In this document: positions 18,125 through 26,646 of the stretch, one piece after another
Position numbering within the stretch: position 1 is the first letter of the stretch
Layout of the letters: each line of letters opens with the position of its first letter
Assembly: GCA_046753445.1 (NCBI GenBank)
Contig: JBHHTQ010000002.1
Location: forward strand, 19,555 to 83,554
DNA: 64,000 bases
Direction of reading: 5' to 3'
DNA from: Anaerolineae bacterium
GTDB lineage: Bacteria > Chloroflexota > Anaerolineae > Promineifilales > Promineifilaceae
Notes under the pieces: generated by a model
Databases searched by the model: none
Seen by the model: only the letters and a program-made list of their open reading frames with translations
What the model was told of the DNA's origin: nothing
Position numbers and translations under genes: made by a program

Positions 18125-20851
18125 ATGACGACGTGGTCTCAGTGGGAAACAGAGCCGTTATTAGCCGAATTAAAGAGTGACTGGGAACGGGGGTTGACGG
18201 TCGCGGAAGCAGAACGGCGGTTGTCCCACTATGGCCCGAACGAACTGGTCGAACAAGGGACGAGTTCTCCCTGGCGCATTTTATGGGAGCAGTTGACGGC
18301 CGTCATGGTCATCATCCTCATCATCACCGCCATCATCTCCGCCTTCATCGGCGATGTCAAAGACGCCGTCGCCATCCTGGTCATTGTCGTCCTGAACGCC
18401 GTGTTGGGGTTCACCCAGGAATACCGGGCGGAGAAGGCGATAGCCGCCCTGAAAAAGCTGGCCGTGCCCACCGTCAAAGTGCGGCGCGACGGCCAGGTGC
18501 GTGAAATCCCAGCTAAAGAACTCGTTCCCGGCGATATGGTGCTGCTGGAAGCGGGCGTTGTGATCCCCGCCGACGGCCGTTTGCTGGAAAACGCCAGCCT
18601 GCACGTCCAGGAAGCGGCCCTGACCGGCGAATCGGAGCCGGTGAAAAAAACAACCGGGCCGATCCTGGGCGCGGACATCCCTCTGGGCGACCGCAAAAAC
18701 ATGGTCTTCATGGGCACGGTGGTGACGTATGGTCGGGGCGCGGCCGTCATCACCGAAACCGGCATGGACACGGAACTGGGCTACATCGCCCACATGCTGC
18801 AAAGCGTCACACGAGAGCCGACGCCGCTGCAACGGCGGCTGGAACAATTGGGGCGCGGCCTGGCCGCCGCCTCCGTCGCCATCGTGGCCATCGTCTTCCT
18901 GCTGGGGCTGCTGCGCGGCGAAGACCCCCAGCTGATGTTCCTCACCGCCATCAGCATGGCCGTGGCCGCCATCCCCGAAGGGCTGCCCGCCGTCGTCACC
19001 ATCGGCCTGGCCCTGGGCGCGCAGCGGATGCTCAAACGGCAGGCGCTCATCCGCAAACTGCCGGCTGTGGAAACGCTCGGCTCCGTCACCGTCATCTGCT
19101 CCGACAAAACGGGCACGCTGACCGAAAACCGGATGAGTGTCACCGTCCTGGACGTGTTGGGCGAGACGCAAAGCGTGGATACCCTGCTGGATCATGGCGT
19201 GCCGGCGCTGGACGCCGATTTGTCGCCGGCCGAAAAACCCCACGCGCGCAGCCTGGAGCTGCTGATCAAGGCGGCCGCCCTGTGCAACGACGCCGCGCTG
19301 ACCAAATCTGCGGCCGAGCCAGGGCGGTTCCGTGCCATCGGTGACCCCACCGAGGGGGCGTTGATCGTCGCCGCCGCCCAGTTAGGCATGAACAAGGCGA
19401 AATTGGACAAACGGTGGCCGCGCGTCGCCGAAATCCCCTTCACTTCCGAACGCAAACGGATGACTACCGTTCACCGGGTAGACGTTGCCGCCGACCAGAC
19501 CAACACGCCCTGGCGCGACAACCCCCACGTCGCTTTTTGCAAAGGGGCGGTGGATAGTTTGCTGGTGATCACCCGGCAGGTGTGGTCAGGGGATAAAGCC
19601 GTCCCCCTGACGGCCGAACTGCACGAACGGATCATGGCCGCCAATGATGGATTGGCCCAGAATGGGCAGCGGGTGTTGGGTGCAGCGTTTCGGCCGTTGG
19701 CCGACGAACCGGGCCACGCCGGTGAAGCCGCACTGGAACGAGATATGATTTTCATCGGCCTCATCGGCATGATGGATCCGCCCCGCTCCGAAGTGAAAGA
19801 GGCGGTGCAAATCTGCCAGACGGCCGGCATCCGCCCGGTGATGATCACCGGCGACCACCCGCTGACCGCCCAGACTATCGCCCAGGAGTTGGGCATCAGC
19901 CACAACGGGCAAAAGGCGTTGACCGGCCAGCAGTTGGCGCAGATGTCGCCCGACAGGCTGGAATCGTTGGTGGAAGAAGTGCCCGTCTACGCCCGCGTCT
20001 CCCCGGAACACAAGCTAAAAATCGTCCAGGCGCTCCAGGATAGAGGCCACATCGTCGCCATGACCGGCGACGGGGTGAATGACGCGCCGGCGCTGAAAAC
20101 GGCCGACATCGGCATCGCGATGGGCATCACCGGCGCCGACGTTTCTAAAGAGGCGGCCGACATGGTACTGCTGGACGACAACTTCGCCACCATCGTCGCC
20201 GCCATCAAAGAAGGGCGGGTCATTTATGATAACATCCGCAAATTCATCAAGTACACTCTCACCTCCAACTCCGGCGAAATTTATGTCATGCTGTTCGCTC
20301 CCTTTTTGGGGATGCCGCTGCCGCTGCTGCCGCTGCAAATTTTATGGATTAACCTGGTGACGGACGGGCTGCCCGGTCTGGCGCTGACGCTGGAACCGGC
20401 GGAGAAGGGGGTGGTGCGCCGTTCTCCATTCCATCCTCAGGAGAATATCTTTGGCCGGGGCATGTGGCAGCATATCCTGTGGGTGGGGCTGCTGATGGGG
20501 ATCGTGACGCTGGGGCTGGGCTATTGGGCGTGGAGCGCCGGGCGGGGCAACTGGCAGACGATGGTCTTCACCACCCTCACCCTGTCGCAGATGGGGCACG
20601 CGCTGGCGGTGCGTTCAGGGCGGGAGTCGCTGTTCACCACCGGACTGCGTTCCAACAAGCCGCTGCTAGGCGCGGTGCTGCTGACGTTTGTCTTGCAACT
20701 GGCGGTGGTTTACGCGCCGTTTTTGCAGGAATTGTTCAAGACGGTGGGGCTGCCCCCGGCCGATTTGGGGCTGAGTCTGTTGTTGAGTTCGGTTGTTTTC
20801 TGGGGCGTGGAAATTGAGAAGTGGTTCAAACGCTGCCAAGCACAGGCATAG
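18125..20851 (+). CDS. P-type cation-transporting ATPase, type IIA (Ca2+-ATPase-like)
   Basis: [20 protein letters not shown] and [13 protein letters not shown] motifs. TM4 [10 protein letters not shown] as in SERCA-like pumps. Confidence 0.95.
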   Translation: MTTWSQWETEPLLAELKSDWERGLTVAEAERRLSHYGPNELVEQGTSSPWRILWEQLTAVMVIILIITAIISAFIGDVKDAVAILVIVVLNAVLGFTQEYRAEKAIAALKKLAVPTVKVRRDGQVREIPAKELVPGDMVLLEAGVVIPADGRLLENASLHVQEAALTGESEPVKKTTGPILGADIPLGDRKNMVFMGTVVTYGRGAAVITETGMDTELGYIAHMLQSVTREPTPLQRRLEQLGRGLAAASVAIVAIVFLLGLLRGEDPQLMFLTAISMAVAAIPEGLPAVVTIGLALGAQRMLKRQALIRKLPAVETLGSVTVICSDKTGTLTENRMSVTVLDVLGETQSVDTLLDHGVPALDADLSPAEKPHARSLELLIKAAALCNDAALTKSAAEPGRFRAIGDPTEGALIVAAAQLGMNKAKLDKRWPRVAEIPFTSERKRMTTVHRVDVAADQTNTPWRDNPHVAFCKGAVDSLLVITRQVWSGDKAVPLTAELHERIMAANDGLAQNGQRVLGAAFRPLADEPGHAGEAALERDMIFIGLIGMMDPPRSEVKEAVQICQTAGIRPVMITGDHPLTAQTIAQELGISHNGQKALTGQQLAQMSPDRLESLVEEVPVYARVSPEHKLKIVQALQDRGHIVAMTGDGVNDAPALKTADIGIAMGITGADVSKEAADMVLLDDNFATIVAAIKEGRVIYDNIRKFIKYTLTSNSGEIYVMLFAPFLGMPLPLLPLQILWINLVTDGLPGLALTLEPAEKGVVRRSPFHPQENIFGRGMWQHILWVGLLMGIVTLGLGYWAWSAGRGNWQTMVFTTLTLSQMGHALAVRSGRESLFTTGLRSNKPLLGAVLLTFVLQLAVVYAPFLQELFKTVGLPPADLGLSLLLSSVVFWGVEIEKWFKRCQAQA

Positions 20852-20860
20852 GTTTTCATT

Positions 20861-21913
20861 ATGGATGCAACCTGGTCAACACCCACTCGAATTTTGGTCA
20901 TTGTGATGGCGCTGGCGACGGCCGTCTGGATTGCGGTGGTCGCCAGCCCGCTGCTGCAAGCGGTGGGCATCGCCGCGCTGCTGGCCTATTTGCTGGACCC
21001 GGCGGTGCGCTTTTTTATGCGCCGCGCCCGGATGCGCCGTTCCTGGGCGGCCGGCGTCACGTTCCTGCTGTTTCTACTGGTTTTGGTGGGCATTCCGGCC
21101 TGGCTGGGATCGGTCGCTGTGGCCCAGTTGATTCGCCTGGAAACGGATTTTCTGGCGGCGGTGGCCGCCATCGGGCAGTGGTTGACCCAGCCGGTTATCA
21201 TCTTAGGCGTTCCATTCCATTTTCCTGATTTGATGCGTAATCTACCGGCCCTGACCGGGGAGACGCTGGCGACATTGCCCAGCGGGTCGCTCGACATCCT
21301 GTCCAGCGTGACGACCAATTTGCTGTGGGGCAGCGCGGTGCTGGTGACGCTGTATTATTTTCTCAAGGATGGCCCCCGGATTAAGCCCTGGCTGGCGGAG
21401 CTGGCGCCGGTCAATTATCAGGGCGAAGTTCGCCGGCTGCTGGATGAAGTGGATCGTATTTGGGGTAAATTCCTGCGCGTGCAGCTGCTTATCTTTCTCA
21501 TATTGGCGGTACTGGGGGCCATTGGCACGCTGCTGGTGGTGTGGCTGTTCCGGTCTGGCCTGGTGCAATGGTCGCTGTTTGGCTTTATTTTGCTGCTGCT
21601 GGGGGTGTATACGGCCGTGCAGCAGGTAGACAATTTATGGCTGCGCCCCCAATTTTTGGGCAAACAGTTACGGCTGCATCCCGGCATCGTCTTTGTAGGT
21701 TTAATTGGGGCGCTGGCGTTGAGCGGCGTGTTGGGCGCGTTGGTCATCGTGCCCGTTATTGCTACCGGGAAGGTGATCGGCCGTTACGTTCACCGCAAAC
21801 TGCTGGGACTGCCACCGTGGCCAGAAAAAACAGAGTCAGGAAATGACGAAGGAACAACACTTGGCAACAAGCTGTTGGTTACTGAGAACATTGAACAAGC
21901 GCCAAAAACCTAA
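20861..21913 (+). CDS. AI-2E family transporter (PerM/UPF0118 permease)
   Basis: 350 aa, 7-8 TM helices, YYFLKDGPRI and WLRPQFLGKQLRLHP motifs. Confidence 0.87.
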   Translation: MDATWSTPTRILVIVMALATAVWIAVVASPLLQAVGIAALLAYLLDPAVRFFMRRARMRRSWAAGVTFLLFLLVLVGIPAWLGSVAVAQLIRLETDFLAAVAAIGQWLTQPVIILGVPFHFPDLMRNLPALTGETLATLPSGSLDILSSVTTNLLWGSAVLVTLYYFLKDGPRIKPWLAELAPVNYQGEVRRLLDEVDRIWGKFLRVQLLIFLILAVLGAIGTLLVVWLFRSGLVQWSLFGFILLLLGVYTAVQQVDNLWLRPQFLGKQLRLHPGIVFVGLIGALALSGVLGALVIVPVIATGKVIGRYVHRKLLGLPPWPEKTESGNDEGTTLGNKLLVTENIEQAPKT

Positions 21914-21936
21914 ATACGGTCGTCAGGTGAGATTAG

Positions 21937-21986
21937 GTGTGTCACGGTTTATACCCTAAGAAAGGAAAACCGTGACACCGCCAAAT
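21937..21986 (+). mobile_element. MITE-like repeat, internally deleted copy (first hairpin only)
   Basis: GTGTGTCACGGTTTATACCCTAAGAAAGGAAAACCGTGACAC-CGCCAAA. A 12-bp stem identical to the other copies. Confidence 0.75.
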
Positions 21987-22311
21987 ATTTATCACCAACC
22001 CAGAGAGCGGAAGTCAATCAGCCAGAACTGCATCCAGTGGTTATTTCCCTTCCACAAAAGCTTCGCATCCAAAAATCCTCCGGTGGTTGCCAAATAAACA
22101 ATTGGGTTTTATACTGTTTTTCGTTGTTCCCTGTGCCGGTAAATCCCTGAGCATGAGATTATCCGACCAATGCGCCTGATCAGTCCCCACTTTTCATCTG
22201 AGTACCTACAAATTTTAGATATTCCACTCCCAATTGGAGGAGGAGTCCCCGGTTTTTGTTTGTGAAAGGAGAGGGTATTCGGGGTTTTTCGATATTTATG
22301 CAGGTAGGTAG

Positions 22312-23138
22312 TTGGGCGGTTTGACAACCCCATTAGCTAGGCAGGGGCATCATGTCTTTGCTAGTATGCGTAATCCAGCTTCAGGTTCAGCGGTACTGAC
22401 ACAATCGGCCCGTCAGGAAGGCCTGAAGCTGGAGGTCATTCAACTCGATGTGAACGATTCCAAATCGTCAGAGCAAGCTGTCCAAGAGGTTCTTGAACGG
22501 GCTGGGAAGCTCGATGTCTTGATCAACAATGCTGGCATCGGCGGGGGTGGCCCAGTCGAAGAAACGCCGGAGGAAGTTCTGAGGGCTGTCTTTGAGACCA
22601 ACTTTTTTGGAGCCGTGCGCATGATGCGATTGGTGTTGCCAACGATGCGGCGGGCTAGAAGCGGGGCCATTGTCAATGTCTCTTCCATCGCGGGACGACT
22701 GGCAGGGGCACGTAGCAGCGCCTATGCCGGACGAAGTTCGCTCTTGAGGCGGCTAGCGAAGCCTTGGCGCAGGAAGTAAGACGCTTTAACATCCGGGTAA
22801 TAATCATCGAGCCAGGAGTTATCCAAACTCCCATCTTTGAAAAGGGTGGGCCGGGGCCAGATCCAAACTCTCCTTATTATGAACTCGCTCTAAGAAGTAG
22901 TCGGATGTTTACCAAACGGTTAGAAAACCCTTCTCCACCTGAATTGGTGGCAGAAACCATTCAGGTTTCCTTGGAGACGGATCAGCCAAAGCTCCGCTAT
23001 CTGGTTGGTGAAGATGCAGCAGGATGGGCAGCCGGCCGCCAGGCAATGACAGATGAAGAATGGGTAGATTTGGGTCGAGAGATGACTTCAGATGAATATG
23101 CAGCTCTTTACCTCCACCATTTCGGAATAAAAATTTAA
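22312..23138 (+). pseudogene. short-chain dehydrogenase/reductase (SDR), N-terminally truncated and frameshifted
   Basis: The two ORFs 22312-22779 and 22764-23138 join into one SDR (NNAG, NVSSIAG, Y-A-G-T-K). A 1-nt frame change near 22729 (tat gcc gg- acg aag) splits the YxxxK motif. The TGxxxGxG Rossmann motif is missing, and an in-frame TAG sits at 22309. Confidence 0.8.
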
Positions 23139-23207
23139 GCCGCCGGTTTTTTATAATGCCCCGTGGTTTCAAAGTGCATTTGCTAACCGGTTTCAAGTGA
23201 GTCCGGA

Positions 23208-23274
23208 TTAAGTGTGTCACGGTTTATCATTTAAGAAAGAAAAACTGCGACACCGCGAGGTTTGGCGGTTTATC
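23208..23274 (+). mobile_element. MITE-like repeat, 3'-truncated copy
   Basis: TTAAGTGTGTCACGGTTTATCATTTAAGAAAGAAAAACTGCGACACCGCGAGGTTTGGCGGTTTATC. Confidence 0.8.
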
Positions 23275-23443
23275 TTGTTTGTTGTTCAATTTAACGGCTA
23301 ATCGTGACTTTTTCACTCTCCGGTTGGGCAGCGAAGTTGCATGTGATGATGCTATTCGGGACTGGCCCAGCGCAGGTGAGCTCAAGCGTTATGTTTCTGA
23401 GGGCGTGCTGAAAAAATTTAAAATTCACAAGGGAGAATCGCAA

Positions 23444-23761
23444 ATGCCTCAATATGTCATTGTTTATCTTGGTGGCGATCAGCCATCTAGCCCAGAGGAA
23501 GGCAAGCAGCATTTTTCGAAATATATGGAGTGGTTAGCTTCATTAGGCGACTCAGCTGTAAGTCCTGCGAATCCGCTCAAGAATACGAGCACAGCACACG
23601 CTGATGGCACTGTAACCTCTGGGGGTACAACCACAATGTCTGGTTACACCATAGTTGAAGCGGATTCTATGGAGGCGGCACTGTCAATGGCCAAGGCTTG
23701 CCCTTTTCTTGATATCGGCGGTTCATTGGAGGTTTCGGAGTTAGTACAGATGCCGGGCTGA
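23444..23761 (+). CDS. YciI/YCII-related (DGPF) domain protein
   Basis: 105 aa from ATG 23444 (GGGAG RBS). The MPQYVIVYLGG...HFSKYMEWL...GYTIVEADSMEAALSMAKACPFL pattern is typical of YCII-like proteins. Confidence 0.72.
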   Translation: MPQYVIVYLGGDQPSSPEEGKQHFSKYMEWLASLGDSAVSPANPLKNTSTAHADGTVTSGGTTTMSGYTIVEADSMEAALSMAKACPFLDIGGSLEVSELVQMPG

Positions 23762-23864
23762 GTGTGTCACGGTTTATAGTTTAAGAAAGGAAAACCGTGA
23801 CACTGCGAGGTTTGGCGGTTAATTCCGCTGATTTTATTTATGAGATAAACCGCCAAACACTTAA
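23762..23864 (+). mobile_element. MITE-like double-hairpin repeat, full-length copy
   Basis: Hairpin 1 is GTGTCACGGTTT-loop-AAACCGTGACAC and hairpin 2 is GTTTGGCGGTT-loop-AACCGCCAAAC. The two ends form imperfect terminal inverted repeats, TTAAGTGTnnnnnGGTTTAT. Starts 1 nt after the yciI-like stop. Confidence 0.88.
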
Positions 23865-24163
23865 CCGTGTTCATAGGTATTACAATGTGAAGGTGAGGAT
23901 GGAGAGGTTGTTTGTGTTCTGTTTTGAGATCGCTCCTTCCCCACCAGAATCCTCCCAACGACTTTTCGTGTCCTCCCTTGGCCTGCCCGTAGATGAGCCG
24001 CATATGAAACGAGGGGCAGTTCCCCGTTTGCCTTGCTATAATCTCATTTCCTGGCGGGCGGCCCCACCTCGCAGTCCAATGTAAACTCCCTGCCGGACTT
24101 TGAAGGCGGTTTGCGTACACTTTGACAACCGTCAAACATAGCTTGATTGTTGGCGACAAGGTG

Positions 24164-26452
24164 ATGAGAACCATGCGCGTGCGTCTGAGATTGGAAGAAG
24201 GGTGGTCCACGCTGGCCTTGCTCTGGGCGCTGTTGTTGGTCGCCGCTATGGCCATCAACCAGGCCGACCTGATTGAGGGGCTGCATATTGTGCCGGTCGT
24301 GGCCACCGCGGCCGTCTTCTCCGGTTTGCTCCTGGCCAAGAGCCGCTTCTCCCCCGGCAAGGCCAACACCTATTCGCTGATTTACGGCCTTTTCATCGTG
24401 CTGTACATGGTCGGCACGACGCTGCCTCCGGAAATGGTGTGGCGTGAGCGCGTATTTGACCTGATGAACCGCCAGGTTGTCTGGTTCGGTAAGGCGTTTC
24501 AGGGGGGAACAAGCCGGGACGGATTGATTTTCGTCATCCACACCTCGGCCGTTTTCTGGGTGTTGGGCTATTCGGCCGCCTGGTACACCTTTCGCACGCC
24601 GCGAGTGTGGCGCGCCATCCTGCCCACCGGCCTGGTGCTGCTCAGCGTCGTCTACTATTACACCGGCCCCGGCCGCCTGCCGCTTTACCTGGCTGTCTAC
24701 ATTTTACTGGCCTTCATATTCGTTGCCCGCACGCATCTCGTGATGCAGGAAAAGATGTGGCGTGACGCGGCCGTGCAGTATGAAGAGAGCATCTGGTTCA
24801 GCTTTTTACGCGCCGGATTCCTCCTCTCCCTTCTGGCCCTGGTCGTCGCCTGGAGCATTCCGGCGATGCCCGCCAACGCGGCCGTCAGCGACGCCCTCGT
24901 CAGCACCCGCGGCCCCTGGCGAAGATTTCAGGACAACTGGACACGTCTCTTCTCCGCCCTGCGTTCCTACAGCGCCGACACCAGCGATCCCTACCAGAAC
25001 ACATTGGTGTTAGGCGGCCCCCGCAATGTGGGCAATACGCCCATCATGGATGTATACGTCCCCCAGGCGATCCCAGCCGTGTATTGGCAGGCTGTCGGGT
25101 ACGACACCTACGAAAACGGCATCTGGTCCATTGAATCGGGAGGAGACACCACGCTCCATTACCCGGATGACGGCGTGCTGCAAACGCCCCCTTCCCAGGC
25201 CAGAGAAGCGATCACACAAACGGTGTACTCCTACATCCCCAACACCAGCTTCCTGTATGCGGCGCCGGAGGTCATCGGATCCGACCGGCAGATGTTCGTG
25301 AATGCACGGCCGGACGGGGATGGGCACAGTCTCGTCTCATCGATCCGCTCCCGTTACATCCTGCGTCAGGGGGATGTGTACAACGTCACCTCGCGCGTTT
25401 CGGTTGCCGATGCTGAAAGCCTGCGGGCGGCGTCCCGTGATTATCCCGACTGGGTGATGGATACCTATCTGCAATTGCCAGACACGATCACGCCGGAGAC
25501 GATAGAGCTGGCTGAACAATTAACGGCCGCACACGACAATCCGTTTGACATGGCCATCGCCGTGCGCGATTATCTGCGCGAGAATATCACCTACAACGAC
25601 CAGATCAGCGCTCCCCCGGAAGGGGTAGACCCCGTGCATTACACGCTCTTCGACATCAAGCAAGGATACTGCAACTACTATGCTTCCTCCATGGCGGTCA
25701 TGCTGCGCTCGCAGGGCGTCCCGGCGCGCATTGTCAGCGGTTACGCTCAGGGAGATTACGATGAGGATACCGGTTCTTATCGCGTGCGCGCCAGCAATGC
25801 CCACACCTGGGCCGAGGTGTACTTCCCAAATTACGGCTGGATTCAATTTGAGCCGACCGCCTCTATCCCCACCGTGTCACGGCCGGAGTCATCCGGCGGC
25901 GGCGATGCCTTTGAAACACCCCTGCTTCCTGAGGAAGACCCGAATGTCGAGGATTTGCCCGACAGCGACCCGCAGAGTGATTTTGAGCGAGGGCTTCAGG
26001 AAGATGAGGAAGCGGCCGGGCCTGCTGGTTCGGTCGTCCGCCGGGAGTTCTCCATCTGGCAGGTCTTGATCGGCGTTGCGGTTCTGATGTTCGCAGCCCT
26101 CCTCCTTGTTTTGGCCAGCGAGGTGAACCGGCGAGTTGAATCTGATGTGCGGCGGAGCTATTCGCGGCTGGGCAGTTGGGCGCGCCGGCTGGGCATCCGG
26201 GTCCACCCCACCCATACCCCTCACGAGAGAGCCGACCTGATGGCTACGGCCGTGCCCGAAGGAAAGACCCCCATCCGCAACCTGACCCGGCAGTTCGTCT
26301 TGCAGCAGTTCAGCCGCGGCCGCTCTTATGAGGCGGGGTTTGATCCGCTGGAAGAGTGGCGTGTGTTGCGGCCGATTTTACTGCGCAAAACGATTCTCCA
26401 AAAACTGCGGCAAACGCCGCGCCGTTTGCCGGGGAGAAAGCCGGGCAGGTAA
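24164..26452 (+). CDS. transglutaminase-like membrane protein (TgpA-like)
   Basis: N-terminal multi-TM region. Core QGYCNYYASSMAVMLRSQGVPARIVSGY...HTWAEVYFPNYGWIQFEPT (Cys-His-Asp/Glu triad), then a late TM helix and a DUF4129-like tail. Confidence 0.9.
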   Translation: MRTMRVRLRLEEGWSTLALLWALLLVAAMAINQADLIEGLHIVPVVATAAVFSGLLLAKSRFSPGKANTYSLIYGLFIVLYMVGTTLPPEMVWRERVFDLMNRQVVWFGKAFQGGTSRDGLIFVIHTSAVFWVLGYSAAWYTFRTPRVWRAILPTGLVLLSVVYYYTGPGRLPLYLAVYILLAFIFVARTHLVMQEKMWRDAAVQYEESIWFSFLRAGFLLSLLALVVAWSIPAMPANAAVSDALVSTRGPWRRFQDNWTRLFSALRSYSADTSDPYQNTLVLGGPRNVGNTPIMDVYVPQAIPAVYWQAVGYDTYENGIWSIESGGDTTLHYPDDGVLQTPPSQAREAITQTVYSYIPNTSFLYAAPEVIGSDRQMFVNARPDGDGHSLVSSIRSRYILRQGDVYNVTSRVSVADAESLRAASRDYPDWVMDTYLQLPDTITPETIELAEQLTAAHDNPFDMAIAVRDYLRENITYNDQISAPPEGVDPVHYTLFDIKQGYCNYYASSMAVMLRSQGVPARIVSGYAQGDYDEDTGSYRVRASNAHTWAEVYFPNYGWIQFEPTASIPTVSRPESSGGGDAFETPLLPEEDPNVEDLPDSDPQSDFERGLQEDEEAAGPAGSVVRREFSIWQVLIGVAVLMFAALLLVLASEVNRRVESDVRRSYSRLGSWARRLGIRVHPTHTPHERADLMATAVPEGKTPIRNLTRQFVLQQFSRGRSYEAGFDPLEEWRVLRPILLRKTILQKLRQTPRRLPGRKPGR

Positions 26453-26539
26453 CCCGCCCAGCCCGGCAGTTAAAACCCATCGAATTCATTTGCCGGACCA
26501 CCCAGATCATTTATCCTCCCTCAAAGCGGGCCACAATTC

Positions 26540-26548
26540 TGTTATAAT
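26540..26548 (+). promoter_or_regulatory. candidate extended -10 promoter element TGtTATAAT
   Basis: TG-t-TATAAT about 100 nt upstream of the cyclase start, followed by a hairpin plus U-run at 26551-26617. Confidence 0.4.
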
Positions 26549-26646
26549 CTAGGGCAGTCAGACGCAAGTTGTCTCCGTAAGAGGGCGCAGCTACCTGACT
26601 GCTGCCCTGTTTTGCTGCAACCGCAGCTTGGTAGAAGGATACTCGG

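Noticed and set aside
22109-22333. A 74-aa minus-strand ORF in the AT-rich islet as a possible transposase remnant.
   Set aside because: No transposase motifs are present, the composition looks like random AT-rich translation, and it overlaps the degraded 5' end of the SDR pseudogene.
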